In this document: positions 44,901-59,900 of the stretch, in pieces
How positions within the stretch are numbered: the first letter of the stretch is position 1
Layout: each line of letters begins with the position of its first letter
Source: Yuukianura sp. NJ FZ-2021
Lineage: Eukaryota
Direction: 5' to 3'
DNA: 64,000 nucleotides
NCBI GenBank assembly: GCA_046563655.1
Contig: CM102286.1
Span: forward strand, 9,424,001-9,488,000
The notes under the pieces: generated by a model
What the model was told of the DNA's origin: nothing
Database searches by the model: none
Seen by the model: the letters and a program-made list of their open reading frames with translations, nothing else
Position numbers and translations under genes: made by a program

Positions 44901-47900
44901 AGCCAAAAAACGCGTGTAGTAGAGACAACGCAAACTTGTTGGCCAACATTCCATACTGTAGAATGAATAAGGCAAGCACGGACTACTAGCCTTCGTAAAC
45001 AACATCAAGAAACTTTTATCCTGAACCTTGACAACGCGATGTTTTTCAAAATTAGAAGTAGATAAATGAGGCTTGGTAAACTTTATTTGTCTCAAACACG
45101 TTATCCCCGACAAGAAAGTCTTGTTGTAGTTCTAGTGCCACCAAGAAGCATTTTTGAATTTGCGAATAGTATCACAGGCACGCTTAAAATTAGGTCAAGC
45201 CAGTGAGGTCAAGGTCCTGATTATTCCAATTGATATCGAATTAATTACAACTGCAGAATCTAGCATGCTACTGCAATTCCCTGTAGTATTTTGGTTGAAA
45301 TTTTTCAAGTGCAACAATGATTAATCGTTTGAGCCTACTTCTTGTCGCCTCTCTGTCCACCCTAATTTTATAGCCATATGGACTACCAAGCCAAAAAACG
45401 CGTGTAGTAGAGACAACGCAAACTTGTTGGCCAACATTCCATACTGTAGAATGAATAAGGCAAGCACGGACTATTAGACTTTGTAAACAACATCAAGAAA
45501 CTTTTATCCTGAACCTTGACAACGCGATGCTTCTCAAAATTAGAAGTAGATAAATGAGGCTTGGTTAACTTTATTTGTCTCAAACACGTTATCCCCGACA
45601 AGAAAGTCCTGTTGTAGTTCTAGTGCCACCAAGAAGCATTTTTGAATTTGCGAATAGTATCACAGGCACGCTTAAAATTAGGCCAACCAGTGAGGTCAAG
45701 GTCCTGATTATTCCCAATTGATATCGAATTAATTACAACTGCAGAATCTAGCATGCTACTGCAATTCCCTGTAGTATTTTGGTTGAAATTTTTCAAGTGC
45801 AACAATGATTAATCGTTTGAGCCTACTTCTTGTCGCCTCTCTGTCCACCCTAATTTTATAGCCATATGGACTACCAAGCCAAAAAACGCGTGTAGTAGAG
45901 ACAACGCAAACTTGTTGGCCAACATTCCATACTGTAGAATGAATAAGGCAAGCACGGACTATTAGACTTTGTAAACAACATCAAGAAACTTTTATCCTGA
46001 ACCTTGACAACGCGATGCTTCTCAAAATTAGAAGTAGATAAATGAGGCTTGGTTAACTTTATTTGTCTCAAACACGTTATCACCGACAAGAAAGTCCTGT
46101 TGTAGTTTTAGTGCCACCAAGAAGCATTTTTGAATTTGCGAATAGTATCACAGGCACGCTTAAAATTAGGCCAACCAGTGAGGTCAAGGTCCTGATTATT
46201 CCAATTGATATCGAATTAATTACAACTGCAGAATCTAGCATGCTACTGCAATTCCCTGTAGTATTTTGGTTGAAATTTTTCAAGTGCAACAATGATTAAT
46301 CGTTTGAGCCTACTTCTTGTCGCCTCTCTGTCCACTCTAATTTTATAGCCATATGGACTACCAAGCCAAAAAACGCGTGTAGTAGAGACAACGCAAACTT
46401 GTTGGCCAACATTCCATACTGTAGAATGAATAAGGCAAGCACGGACTATTAGCCTTCGTAAACAACATCAAGAAACTTTTATCCTGAACCTTGACAACGC
46501 GATGTTTTTCAAAATTAGAAGTAGATAAATGAGGCTTGGTTAACTTTATTTGTCTCAAACACGTTATCCCCGACAAGAAAGTCCTGTTGTAGTTTTAGTG
46601 CCACCAAGAAGCATTTTTGAATTTGCGAATAGTATCACAGGCACGCTTAAAATTAGGCCAACCAGTGAGGTCAAGGTCCTGATTATTCCAATTGATATCG
46701 AATTAATTACAACTGCAGAATCTAGCATGCTACTGCAATTCCCTGTAGTATTTTGGTTGAAATTTTTCAAGTGCAACAATGATTAATCGTTTGAGCCTAC
46801 TTCTTGTCGCCTCTCTGTCCACCCTAATTTTATAGCCATATGGACTACCAAGCCAAAAAACGCGTGTAGTAGAGACAACGCAAACTTGTTGGCCAACATT
46901 CCATACTGTAGAATGAATAAGGCAAGCACGGACTATTAGACTTCGTAAACAACATCAAGAAACTTTTATCCTGAACCTTGACAACGCGATGTTTTTCAAA
47001 ATTAGAAGTAGATAAATGAGGCTTGGTTAACTTTATTTGTCTCAAACACGTTATCACCGACAAGAAAGTCCTGTTGTAGTTTTAGTGCCACCAAGAAGCA
47101 TTTTTGAATTTGCGAATAGTATCACAGGCACGCTTAAAATTAGGCCAACCAGTGAGGTCAAGGTCCTGATTATTCCAATTGATATCGAATTAATTACAAC
47201 TGCAGAATCTAGCATGCTACTGCAATTCCCTGTAGTATTTTGGTTGAAATTTTTCAAGTGCAACAATGATTAATCGTTTGAGCCTACTTCTTGTCGCCTC
47301 TCTGTCCACTCTAATTTTATAGCCATATGGACTACCAAGCAAAAAACGCGTGTAGTAGAGACAACGCAAACTTGTTGGCCAACATTCCATACTGTAGAAT
47401 GAATAAGGCAAGCACGGACTATTAGACCTTCGTAAACAACATCAAGAAACTTTTATCCTGAACCTTGACAACGCGATGCTTCTCAAAATTAGAAGTAGAT
47501 AAATGAGGCTTGGTTAACTTTATTTGTCTCAAACACGTTATCCCCGACAAGAAAGTCCTGTTGTAGTTTTAGTGCCACCAAGAAGCATTTTTGAATTTGC
47601 GAATAGTATCACAGGCACGCTTAAAATTAGGCCAACCAGTGAGGTCAAGGTCCTGATTATTCCAATTGATATCGAATTAATTACAACTGCAGAATCTAGC
47701 ATGCTACTGCAATTCCCTGTAGTATTTTGGTTGAAATTTTTCAAGTGCAACAATGATTAATCGTTTGAGCCTACTTCTTGTCGCCTCTCTGTCCACCCTA
47801 ATTTTATAGCCATATGGACTACCAAGCCAAAAAACGCGTGTAGTAGAGACAACGCAAACTTGTTGGCCAACATTCCATACTGTAGAATGAATAAGGCAAG

Positions 47901-50900
47901 CACGGACTATTAGACTTTGTAAACAACATCAAGAAACTTTTATCCTGAACCTTGACAACGCGATGCTTCTCAAAATTAGAAGTAGATAAATGAGGCTTGG
48001 TTAACTTTATTTGTCTCAAACACGTTATCCCCGACAAGAAAGTCCTGTTGTAGTTTTAGTGCCACCAAGAAGCATTTTTGAATTTGCGAATAGTATCACA
48101 GGCACGCTTAAAATTAGGCCAACCAGTGAGGTCAAGGTCCTGATTATTCCAATTGATATCGAATTAATTACAACTGCAGAATCTAGCATGCTACTGCAAT
48201 TCCCTGTAGTATTTTGGTTGAAATTTTTCAAGTGCAACAATGATTAATCGTTTGAGCCTACTTCTTGTCGCCTCTCTGTCCACCTCTAATTTTATAGCCA
48301 TATGGACTACCAAGCCAAAAAACGCGTGTAGTAGAGACAACGCAAACTTGTTGGCCAACATTCCATACTGTAGAATGAATAAGGCAAGCACGGACTATTA
48401 GCCTTCGTAAACAACATCAAGAAACTTTTATCCTGAACCTTGACAACGCGATGCTTCTCAAAATTAGAAGTAGATAAATGAGGCTTGGTTAACTTTATTT
48501 GTCTCAAACACGTTATCACCGACAAGAAAGTCCTGTTGTAGTTTTAGTGCCACCAAGAAGCATTTTTGAATTTGCGAATAGTATCACAGGCACGCTTAAA
48601 ATTAGGCCAACCAGTGAGGTCAAGGTCCTGATTATTCCAATTGATATCGAATTAATTACAACTGCAGAATCTAGCATGCTACTGCAATTCCCTGTAGTAT
48701 TTTGGTTGAAATTTTTCAAGTGCAACAATGATTAGTCGTTTGAGCCTACTTCTTGTCGCCTCTCTACACTCTAATTTTATAGCCATATGGACTATCAAGC
48801 CAAAAAACGCGTGTAGTAGAGACAACGCAAACTTGTTGGCCAACATTCCATACTGTAGAATGAATAAGGCAAGCACGGACTACTAGCCTTCGTAAACAAC
48901 ATCAAGAAACTTTTATCCTGAACCTTGACAACGCGATGTTTTTCAAAATTAGAAGTAGATAAATGAGGCTTGGTTAACTTTATTTGTCTCAAACACGTTA
49001 TCCCCGACAAGAAAGTCCTGTTGTAGTTTTAGTGCCACCAAGAAGCATTTTTGAATTTGCGAATAGTATCACAGGCACGCTTAAAATTAGGCCAACCAGT
49101 GAGGTCAAGGTCCTGATTATTCCAATTGATATCGAATTAATTACAACTGCAGAATCTAGCATGCTACTGCAATTCCCTGTAGTATTTTGGTTGAAATTTT
49201 TCAAGTGCAACAATGATTAATCGTTTGAGCCTACTTCTTGTCGCCTCTCTGTCCACCCTAATTTTATAGCCATATGGACTACCAAGCCAAAAAACGCGTG
49301 TAGTAGAGACAACGCAAACTTGTTGGCCAACATTCCATACTGTAGAATGAATAAGGCAAGCACGGACTATTAGCCTTCGTAAACAACATCAAGAAACTTT
49401 TATCCTGAACCTTGACAACGCGATGTTTCTCAAAATTAGAAGTAGATAAATGAGGCTTGGTTAACTTTATTTGTCTCAAACACGTTATCACCGACAAGAA
49501 AGTCCTGTTGTAGTTTTAGTGCCACCAAGAAGCATTTTTGAATTTGCGAATAGTATCACAGGCACGCTTAAAATTAGGCCAACCAGTGAGGTCAAGGTCC
49601 TGATTATTCCAATTGATATCGAATTAATTACAACTGCAGAATCTAGCATGCTACTGCAATTCCCTGTAGTATTTTGGTTGAAATTTTTCAAGTGCAACAA
49701 TGATTAATCGTTTGAGCCTACTTCTTGTCGCCTCTCTGTCCACCCTAATTTTATAGCCATATGGACTACCAAGCCAAAAAACGCGTGTAGTAGAGACAAC
49801 GCAAACTTGTTGGCCAACATTCCATACTGTAGAATGAATAAGGCAAGCACGGACTATTAGACTTCGTAAACAACATCAAGAAACTTTTATCCTGAACCTT
49901 GACAACGCGATGCTTCTCAAAATTAGAAGTAGATAAATGAGGCTTGGTTAACTTTATTTGTCTCAAACACGTTATCACCGACAAGAAAGTCCTGTTGTAG
50001 TTTTAGTGCCACCAAGAAGCATTTTTGAATTTGCGAATAGTATCACAGGCACGCTTAAAATTAGGCCAACCAGTGAGGTCAAGGTCCTGATTATTCCAAT
50101 TGATATCGAATTAATTACAACTGCAGAATCTAGCATGCTACTGCAATTCCCTGTAGTATTTTGGTTGAAATTTTTCAAGTGCAACAATGATTAATCGTTT
50201 GAGCCTACTTCTTGTCGCCTCTCTGTCCACCCTAATTTTATAGCCATATGGACTACCAAGCCAAAAAACGCGTGTAGTAGAGACAACGCAAACTTGTTGG
50301 CCAACATTCCATACTGTAGAATGAATAAGGCAAGCACGGACTATTAGCCTTCGTAAACAACATCAAGAAACTTTTATCCTGAACCTTGACAACGCGATGC
50401 TTCTCAAAATTAGAAGTAGATAAATGAGGCTTGGTTAACTTTATTTGTCTCAAACACGTTATCACCGACAAGAAAGTCCTGTTGTAGTTTTAGTGCCACC
50501 AAGAAGCATTTTTGAATTTGCGAATAGTATCACAGGCACGCTTAAAATTAGGCCAACCAGTGAGGTCAAGGTCCTGATTATTCCAATTGATATCGAATTA
50601 ATTACAACTGCAGAATCTAGCATGCTACTGCAATTCCCTGTAGTATTTTGGTTGAAATTTTTCAAGTGCAACAATGTTTAATCGTTTGAGCCTACTTCTT
50701 GTCGCCTCTCTGTCCACTCTAATTTTATAGCCATATGGACTACCAAGCCAAAAAACGCGTGTAGTAGAGACAACGCAAACTTGTTGGCCAACATTCCATA
50801 CTGTAGAATGAATAAGGCAAGCACGGACTATTAGACTTTGTAAACAACATCAAGAAACTTTTATCCTGAACCTTGACAACGCGATGCTTCTCAAAATTAG

Positions 50901-53900
50901 AAGTAGATAAATGAGGCTTGGTTAACTTTATTTGTCTCAAACACGTTATCACCGACAAGAAAGTCCTGTTGTAGTTTTAGTGCCACCAAGAAGCATTTTT
51001 GAATTTGCGAATAGTATCACAGGCACGCTTAAAATTAGGCCAACCAGTGAGGTCAAGGTCCTGATTATTCCAATTGATATCGAATTAATTACAACTGCAG
51101 AATCTAGCATGCTACTGCAATTCCCTGTAGTATTTTGGTTGAAATTTTTCAAGTGCAACAATGATTAATCGTTTGAGCCTACTTCTTGTCGCCTCTCTGT
51201 CCACCCCAATTTTATAGCCATATGGACTACCAAGCCAAAAAACGCGTGTAGTAGAGACAACGCAAACTTGTTGGCCAACATTCCATACTGTAGAATGAAT
51301 AAGGCAAGCACGGACTACTAGCCTTCGTAAACAACATCAAGAAACTTTTATCCTGAACCTTGACAACGCGATGTTTTTCAAAATTAGAAGTAGATAAATG
51401 AGGCTTGGTTAACTTTATTTGTCTCAAACACGTTATCACCGACAAGAAAGTCCTGTTGTAGTTTTAGTGCCACCAAGAAGCATTTTTGAATTTGCGAATA
51501 GTATCACAGGCACGCTTAAAATTAGGCCAACCAGTGAGGTCAAGGTCCTGATTATTCCAATTGATATCGAATTAATTACAACTGCAGAATCTAGCATGCT
51601 ACTGCAATTCCCTGTAGTATTTTGGTTGAAATTTTTCAAGTGCAACAATGATTAATCGTTTGAGCCTACTTCTTGTCGCCTCTCTGTCCACTCTAATTTT
51701 ATAGCCATATGGACTACCAAGCCAAAAAACGCGTGTAGTAGAGACAACGCAAACTTGTTGGCCAACATTCCATACTGTAGAATGAATAAGGCAAGCACGG
51801 ACTATTAGACTTTGTAAACAACATCAAGAAACTTTTATCCTGAACCTTGACAACGCGATGCTTCTCAAAATTAGAAGTAGATAAATGAGGCTTGGTTAAC
51901 TTTATTTGTCTCAAACACGTTATCACCGACAAGAAAGTCCTGTTGTAGTTTTAGTGCCACCAAGAAGCATTTTTGAATTTGCGAATAGTATCACAGGCAC
52001 GCTTAAAATTAGGCCAACCAGTGAGGTCAAGGTCCTGATTATTCCAATTGATATCGAATTAATTACAACTGCAGAATCTAGCATGCTACTGCAATTCCCT
52101 GTAGTATTTTGGTTGAAATTTTTCAAGTGCAACAATGATTTAATCGTTTGAGCCTACTTCTTGTCGCCTCTCTGTCCACCCTAATTTTATAGCCATATGG
52201 ACTACCAAGCCAAAAAACGCGTGTAGTAGAGACAACGCAAACTTGTTGGCCAACATTCCATACTGTAGAATGAATAAGGCAAGCACGGACTATTAGACCT
52301 TTCGTAAACAACATCAAGAAACTTTTATCCTGAACCTTGACAACGCGATGCTTCTCAAAATTAGAAGTAGATAAATGAGGCTTGGTTAACTTTATTTGTC
52401 TCAAACACGTTATCCCCCGACAAGAAAGTCCTGTTGTAGTTTTAGTGCCACCAAGAAGCATTTTTGAATTTGCGAATAGTATCACAGGCACGCTTAAAAT
52501 TAGGCCAACCAGTGAGATCAAGGTCCTGATTATTCCAATTGATATCGAATTAATTACAACTGCAGAATCTAGCATGCTACTGCAATTCCCTGTAGTATTT
52601 TGGTTGAAATTTTTCAAGTGCAACAATGATTAATCGTTTGAGCCTACTTCTTGTCGCCTCTCTGTCCCACTCTAATTTTATAGCCATATGGACTACCAAG
52701 CCAAAAAACGCGTGTAGTAGAGACAACGCAAACTTGTTGGCCAACATTCCATACTGTAGAATGAATAAGGCAAGCACGGACTATTAGACCTTCGTAAACA
52801 ACATCAAGAAACTTTTATCCTGAACCTTGACAACGCGATGCTTTCTCAAAATTAGAAGTAGATAAATGAGGCTTGGTTAACTTTATTTGTCTCAAACACG
52901 TTATCACCGACAAAGAAAGTCCTGTTGTAGTTTTAGTGCCACCAAGAAGCATTTTTGAATTTGCGAATAGTATCACAGGCACGCTTAAAAATTAGGCCAA
53001 CCAGTGAGGTCAAGGTCCTGCTTATTCCAATTGATATCGAATTAATTACAACTGCAGAATCTAGCATGCTACTGCAATTCCCTGTAGTATTTTGGTTGAA
53101 ATTTTTCAAGTGCAACAATGATTAATCGTTTGAGCCTACTTCTTGTCGCCTCTCTGTCCACCATAATTTTATAGCCATATGGACTACCAAGCCAAAAAAC
53201 GCGTGTAGTAGAGACAACGCAAACTTGTTGGCCAACATTCCATACTGTAGAATGAATAATGCAAGCACGGACTATTAGACTTCGTAAACAACATCAAGAA
53301 ACTTTTATCCTGAACCTTGACAACGCGATGTTCTCAAAATTAGAAGTAGATAAATGAGGCTTGGTTAACTTTATTTGTCTCAAACACGTTATCCCCGACA
53401 AGAAAGTCCTGTTGTAGTTTTAGTGCCACCAAGAAGCATTTTTGAATTTGCGAATAGTATCACAGGCACGCTTAAAATTAGGCCAACCAGTGAGGTCAAG
53501 GTCCTGATTATTCCAATTGATATCGAATTAATTACAACTGCAGAATCTAGCATGCTACTGCAATTCCCTGTAGTATTTTGGTTGAAATTTTTCAAGTGCA
53601 ACAATGATTAGTCGTTTGAGCCTACTTCTTGTCGCCTCTCTGCCCACTCTAATTTTATAGCCATATGGACTATCAAGCCAAGAAACGCGTGTAGTAGAGA
53701 CAACGCAAACTTGTTGGCCAACATTCCATACTGTAGAATGAATAAGGCAAGCACGGACTACTTAGCCTTCGTAAACAACATCAAGAAACTTTTATCCTGA
53801 ACCTTGACAACGCGATGTTTTTCAAAATTAGAAGTAGATAAATGAGGCTTGGTTATCTTTATTTGTCTCAAACACGTTATCCCCGACAAGAAAGTCCTGT

Positions 53901-56900
53901 TGTAGTTTTAGTGCCACCAAGAAGCATTTTTGAATTTGCGAATAGTATCACAGGCACGCTTAAAATTAGGCCAACCAGTGAGGTCAAGGTCCTGATTATT
54001 CCAATTGATATCGAATTAATTACAACTGCAGAATCTAGCATGCTACTGCAATTCCCTGTAGTATTTTGGTTGAAATTTTTCAAGTGCAACAATGATTAAT
54101 CGTTTGAGCCTACTTCTTGTCGCCTCTCTGCCCTCTAATTTTATGCAGCCATATGGACTACCAAGCCAAAAAACGCGTGTAGTAGAGACAACGCAAACTT
54201 GTTGGCCAACATTCCATACTGTAGAATGAATAAGGCAAGCACGGACTACTAGCCTTCGTAAACAACATCAAGAAACTTTTATCCTGAACCTTGACAACGC
54301 GATGTTTCTCAAAATTAGAAGTAGGTAAATGAGGCTTGGTTATCTTTATTTGTCTCAAACACGTTATCCCCGACAAGAAAGTCCTGTTGTAGTTTTAGTG
54401 CCACCAAGAAGCATTTTTGAATTTGCGAATAGTATCACAGGCACGCTTAAAATTAGGCCAACCAGTGAGGTCAAGGTCCTGATTATTCCAATTGATATCG
54501 AATTAATTACAACTGCAGAATCTAGCATGCTACTGCAATTCCCTGTAGTATTTTGGTTGAAATTTTTCAAGTGCAACAATGATTAATAGTTTGAGCCTAC
54601 TTCTTGTCGCCTCTCTGCCCACTCTAATTTTACAGCCATATGGACTACCAAGCCAAAAAACGCGTGTAGTAGAGACAACGCAAACTTATTGGCCAACATT
54701 CCATACTGTAGAATGAATAAGGCAAGCACGGACTACTTAGCCTTCGTAAACAACATCAAGAAACTTTTATCCTGAACCTTGACAACGCGATGTTTCTCAA
54801 AATTAGAAGTAGGTAAATGAGGCTTGGTTAACTTTATTTGTCTCAAACACGTTATCCCCGACAAGAAAGTCCTGTTGTAGTTTTAGTGCCACCAAGAAGC
54901 ATTTTTGAATTTGCGAATAGTATCACAGGCACGCTTAAAATTAGGCCAACCAGTGAGGTCAAGGTCCTGATTATTCCAATTGATATCGAATTAATTACAA
55001 CTGCAGAATCTAGCATGCTACTGCAATTCCCTGTAGTATTTTGGTTGAAATTTTTCAAGTGCAACAATGATTAGTCGTTTGAGCCTACTTCTTGTCAACT
55101 CTCTGCCCACTCTTATTTTATAGCCATATGGACTATCAAGCCAAAAAACGCGTGTAGTAGAGACAACGCAAACTTGTTGGCCAACATTCCATACTGTAGA
55201 ATGAATAAGGCAAGCACGGACTATTAGCCTTCGTAAACAACATCAAGAAACTTTTATCCTGAACCTTGACAACGCGATGTTTCTCAAAATTAGAAGTAGG
55301 TAAATGAGGCTTGGTTAACTTTATTTGTCTCAAACACGTTATCCCCGACAAGAAAGTCCTGTTGTAGTTTTAGTGCCACCAAGAAGCATTTTTGAATTTG
55401 CGAATAGTATCACAGGCACGCTTAAAATTAGGCCAACCAGTGAGGTCAAGGTCCTGATTATTCCAATTGATATCGAATTAATTACAACTGCAGAATCTAA
55501 GAATCTAGCATGCTACTGCAATTCCCTGTAGTATTTTGGTTGAAATTTTTCAAGTGCAACAATGATTAGTCGTTTGAGCCTACTTCTTGTCCCTCTCTGC
55601 CCACTCTAATTTTATAGCCATATGGACTATCAAGCCAAAAAACGCGTGTAGTAGAGACAACGCAAACTTGTTGGCCAACATTCCATACTGTAGAATGAAT
55701 AAGGCAAGCACGGACTATTAGCCTTCGTAAACAACATCAAGAAACTTTTATCCTGAACCTTGACAACGCGATGTTTCTCAAAATTAGAAGTAGGTAAATG
55801 AGGCTTGGTTAACTTTATTTGTCTCAAACACGTTATCCCCGACAAGAAAGTCCTGTTGTAGTTTTAGTGCCACCAAGAAGCATTTTTGAATTTGCGAATA
55901 GTATCACAGGCACGCTTAAAATTAGGCCAACCAGTGAGGTCAAGGTCCTGATTATTCCAATTGATATCGAATTAATTACAACTGCAGAATCTAAGAATCT
56001 AGCATGCTACTGCAATTCCCTGTAGTATTTTGGTTGAAATTTTTCAAGTGCAACAATGATTAATAGTTTGAGCCTACTTCTTGTCGCCTCTCTGCCCACT
56101 CTAATTTTACAGCCATATGGACTACCAAGCCAAAAAACGCGTGTAGTAGAGACAACGCAAACTTATTGGTCAACATTCCATACTGTAGAATGAATAAGGC
56201 AAGCACGGACTACTAGCCTTCGTAAACAACATCAAGAAACTTTTATCCTGAACCTTGACAACGCGATGTTTCTCAAAATTAGAAGTAGGTAAATGAGGCT
56301 TGGTTAACTTTATTTGTCTCAAACACGTTATCCCCGACAAGAAAGTCCTGTTGTAGTTTTAGTGCCACCAAGAAGCATTTTTGAATTTGCGAATAGTATC
56401 ACAGGCACGCTTAAAATTAGGCCAACCAGTGAGGTCAAGGTCCTGATTATTCCAATTGATATCGAATTAATTACAACTGCAGAATCTAGCATGCTACTGC
56501 AATTCCCTGTAGTATTTTGGTTGAAATTTTTCAAGTGCAACAATGATTAGTCGTTTGAGCCTACTTCTTGTCAACTCTCTGCCCACTCTTATTTTACAGC
56601 CATATGGACTACCAAGCCAAAAAACGCGTGTAGTAGAGACAACGCAAACTTATTGGTCAACATTCCATACTGTAGAATGAATAAGGCAAGCACGGACTAC
56701 TAGCCTTCGTAAACAACATCAAGAAACTTTTATCCTGAACCTTGACAACGCGATGTTTCTCAAAATTAGAAGTAGGTAAATGAGGCTTGGTTAACTTTAT
56801 TTGTCTCAAACACGTTATCCCCGACAAGAAAGTCCTGTTGTAGTTTTAGTGCCACCAAGAAGCATTTTTGAATTTGCGAATAGTATCACAGGCACGCTTA

Positions 56901-59900
56901 AAATTAGGCCAACCAGTGAGGTCAAGGTCCTGATTATTCCAATTGATATCGAATTAATTACAACTGCAGAATCTAGCATGCTACTGCAATTCCCTGTAGT
57001 ATTTTGGTTGAAATTTTTCAAGTGCAACAATGATTAGTCGTTTGAGCCTACTTCTTGTCGCCTCTCTGCCCACTCTTAATTTTACAGCCATATGGACTAT
57101 CAAGCCAAAAAACGCGTGTAGTAGAGACAACGCAAACTTGTTGGCCAACATTCCATACTGTAGAATGAATAAGGCAAGCACGGACTATTAGCCTTCGTAA
57201 ACAACATCAAGAAACTTTTATCCTGAACCTTGACAACGCGATGTTTCTCAAAATTAGAAGTAGGTAAATGAGGCTTGGTTAACTTTATTTGTCTCAAACA
57301 CGTTATCCCCGACAAGAAAGTCCTGTTGTAGTTTTAGTGCCACCAAGAAGCATTTTTGAATTTGCGAATAGTATCACAGGCACGCTTAAAATTAGGCCAA
57401 CCAGTGAGGTCAAGGTCCTGATTATTCCAATTGATATCGAATTAATTACAACTGCAGAATCTAAGAATCTAGCATGCTACTGCAATTCCCTGTAGTATTT
57501 TGGTTGAAATTTTTCAAGTGCAACAATGATTAGTCGTTTGAGCCTACTTCTTGTCCCCTCTCTGCCCACTCTAATTTTATAGCCATATGGACTATCAAGC
57601 CAAAAAACGCGTGTAGTAGAGACAACGCAAACTTGTTGGCCAACATTCCATACTGTAGAATGAATAAGGCAAGCACGGACTATTAGCCTTCGTAAACAAC
57701 ATCAAGAAACTTTTATCCTGAACCTTGACAACGCGATGTTTCTCAAAATTAGAAGTAGGTAAATGAGGCTTGGTTAACTTTATTTGTCTCAAACACGTTA
57801 TCCCCGACAAGAAAGTCCTGTTGTAGTTTTAGTGCCACCAAGAAGCATTTTTGAATTTGCGAATAGTATCACAGGCACGCTTAAAATTAGGCCAACCAGT
57901 GAGGTCAAGGTCCTGATTATTCCAATTGATATCGAATTAATTACAACTGCATAGAATCTAGCATGCTACTGCAATTCCTCTGTAGTATTTTGGTTGAAAT
58001 TTTTCAAGTGCAACAATGATTAATCGTTTGAGCCTACTTCTTGTCGCCTCTCTGCCCACTCTAATTTTACAGCCACATGGACTACCAAGCCAAAAAACGC
58101 GTGTAGTAGAGACAACGCAAACTTGTTGGCCAACATTCCATACTGTAGAATGAATAAGGCAAGCACGGACTATTAGCCTTCGTAAACAACATCAAGAAAC
58201 TTTTATCCTGAACCTTGACAACGCGATGTTTCTCAAAATTAGAAGTAGATAAATGAGGCTTGGTTAACTTTATTTGTCTCAAACACGTTATCCCCGACAA
58301 GAAAGTCCTGTTGTAGTTTTAGTGCCACCAAGAAGCATTTTTGAGTTTGCGAATAGTATCACAGGCACGCTTAAAATTAGGCCAACCAGTGAGGTCAAGG
58401 TCCTGATTATTCCAAGTGATATCGAATTAATTACAACTGCAGAATCTAGCATGCTACTGCAATTCCCTGTAGTATTTTGGTTGAAATTTTTCAAGTGCAA
58501 CAATGATTAATCGTTTGAGCCTACGTCTTGTCGCCTCTCTGCCCACTCTAATTTTACAGCCATATGGACTACCAAGCCAAAAACGCGTGTAGTAGAGACA
58601 ACGCAAACTTGTTGGCCAACATTCCATACTGTAGAATGAATAAGGCAAGCACGGACTATTAGCCTTCGTAAACAACATCAAGAAAGTTTTTATCCTGAAC
58701 CTTGACAACGCGATGTTTCTCAAAATTAGAAGTAGATAAATGAGGCTTGGTTAACTTTATTTGTCTCAAATACGTTATCCCCGACAAGAAAGTCCTGTTG
58801 TAGTTTTAGTGCCACCAAGAACCATTTTTGAATTTGCGAATAGTATCACAGGCACGCTTAAAATTAGGCCAACCAGTGAGGTCAAGGTCCTGATTATTCC
58901 AATTGATATCGAATTAATTACAACTGCAGAATCTAAGAATCTAGCATGCTACTGCAATTCCCTGTAGTATTTTGGTTGAAATTTTTCAAGTGCAACAATG
59001 ATTAGTCGTTTGAGCCTACTTCTTGTCCCTCTCTGCCCACTCTAATTTTATAGCCATATGGACTATCAAGCCAAAAAACGCGTGTAGTAGAGACAACGCA
59101 AACTTGTTGGCCAACATTCCATACTGTAGAATGAATAAGGCAAGCACGGACTATTAGCCTTCGTAAACAACATCAAGAAACTTTTATCCTGAACCTTGAC
59201 AACGCGATGTTTCTCAAAATTAGAAGTAGGTAAATGAGGCTTGGTTAACTTTATTTGTCTCAAACACGTTATCCCCGACAAGAAAGTCCTGTTGTAGTTT
59301 TAGTGCCACCAAGAAGCATTTTTGAATTTGCGAATAGTATCACAGGCACGCTTAAAATTAGGCCAACCAGTGAGGTCAAGGTCCTGATTATTCCAATTGA
59401 TATCGAATTAATTACAACTGCATAGAATCTAGCATGCTACTGCAATTCCCTGTAGTATTTTGGTTGAAATTTTTCAAGTGCAACAATGATTAATCGTTTG
59501 AGCCTACTTCTTGTCGCCTCTCTGCCCACTCTAATTTTACAGCCACATGGACTACCAAGCCAAAAAACGCGTGTAGTAGAGACAACGCAAACTTGTTGGC
59601 CAACATTCCATACTGTAGAATGAATAAGGCAAGCACGGACTATTAGCCTTCGTAAACAACATCAAGAAACTTTTATCCTGAACCTTGACAACGCGATGTT
59701 TCTCAAAATTAGAAGTAGATAAATGAGGCTTGGTTAACTTTATTTGTCTCAAACACGTTATCCCCGACAAGAAAGTCCTGTTGTAGTTTTAGTGCCACCA
59801 AGAAGCATTTTTGAGTTTGCGAATAGTATCACAGGCACGCTTAAAATTAGGCCAACCAGTGAGGTCAAGGTCCTGATTATTCCAAGTGATATCGAATTAA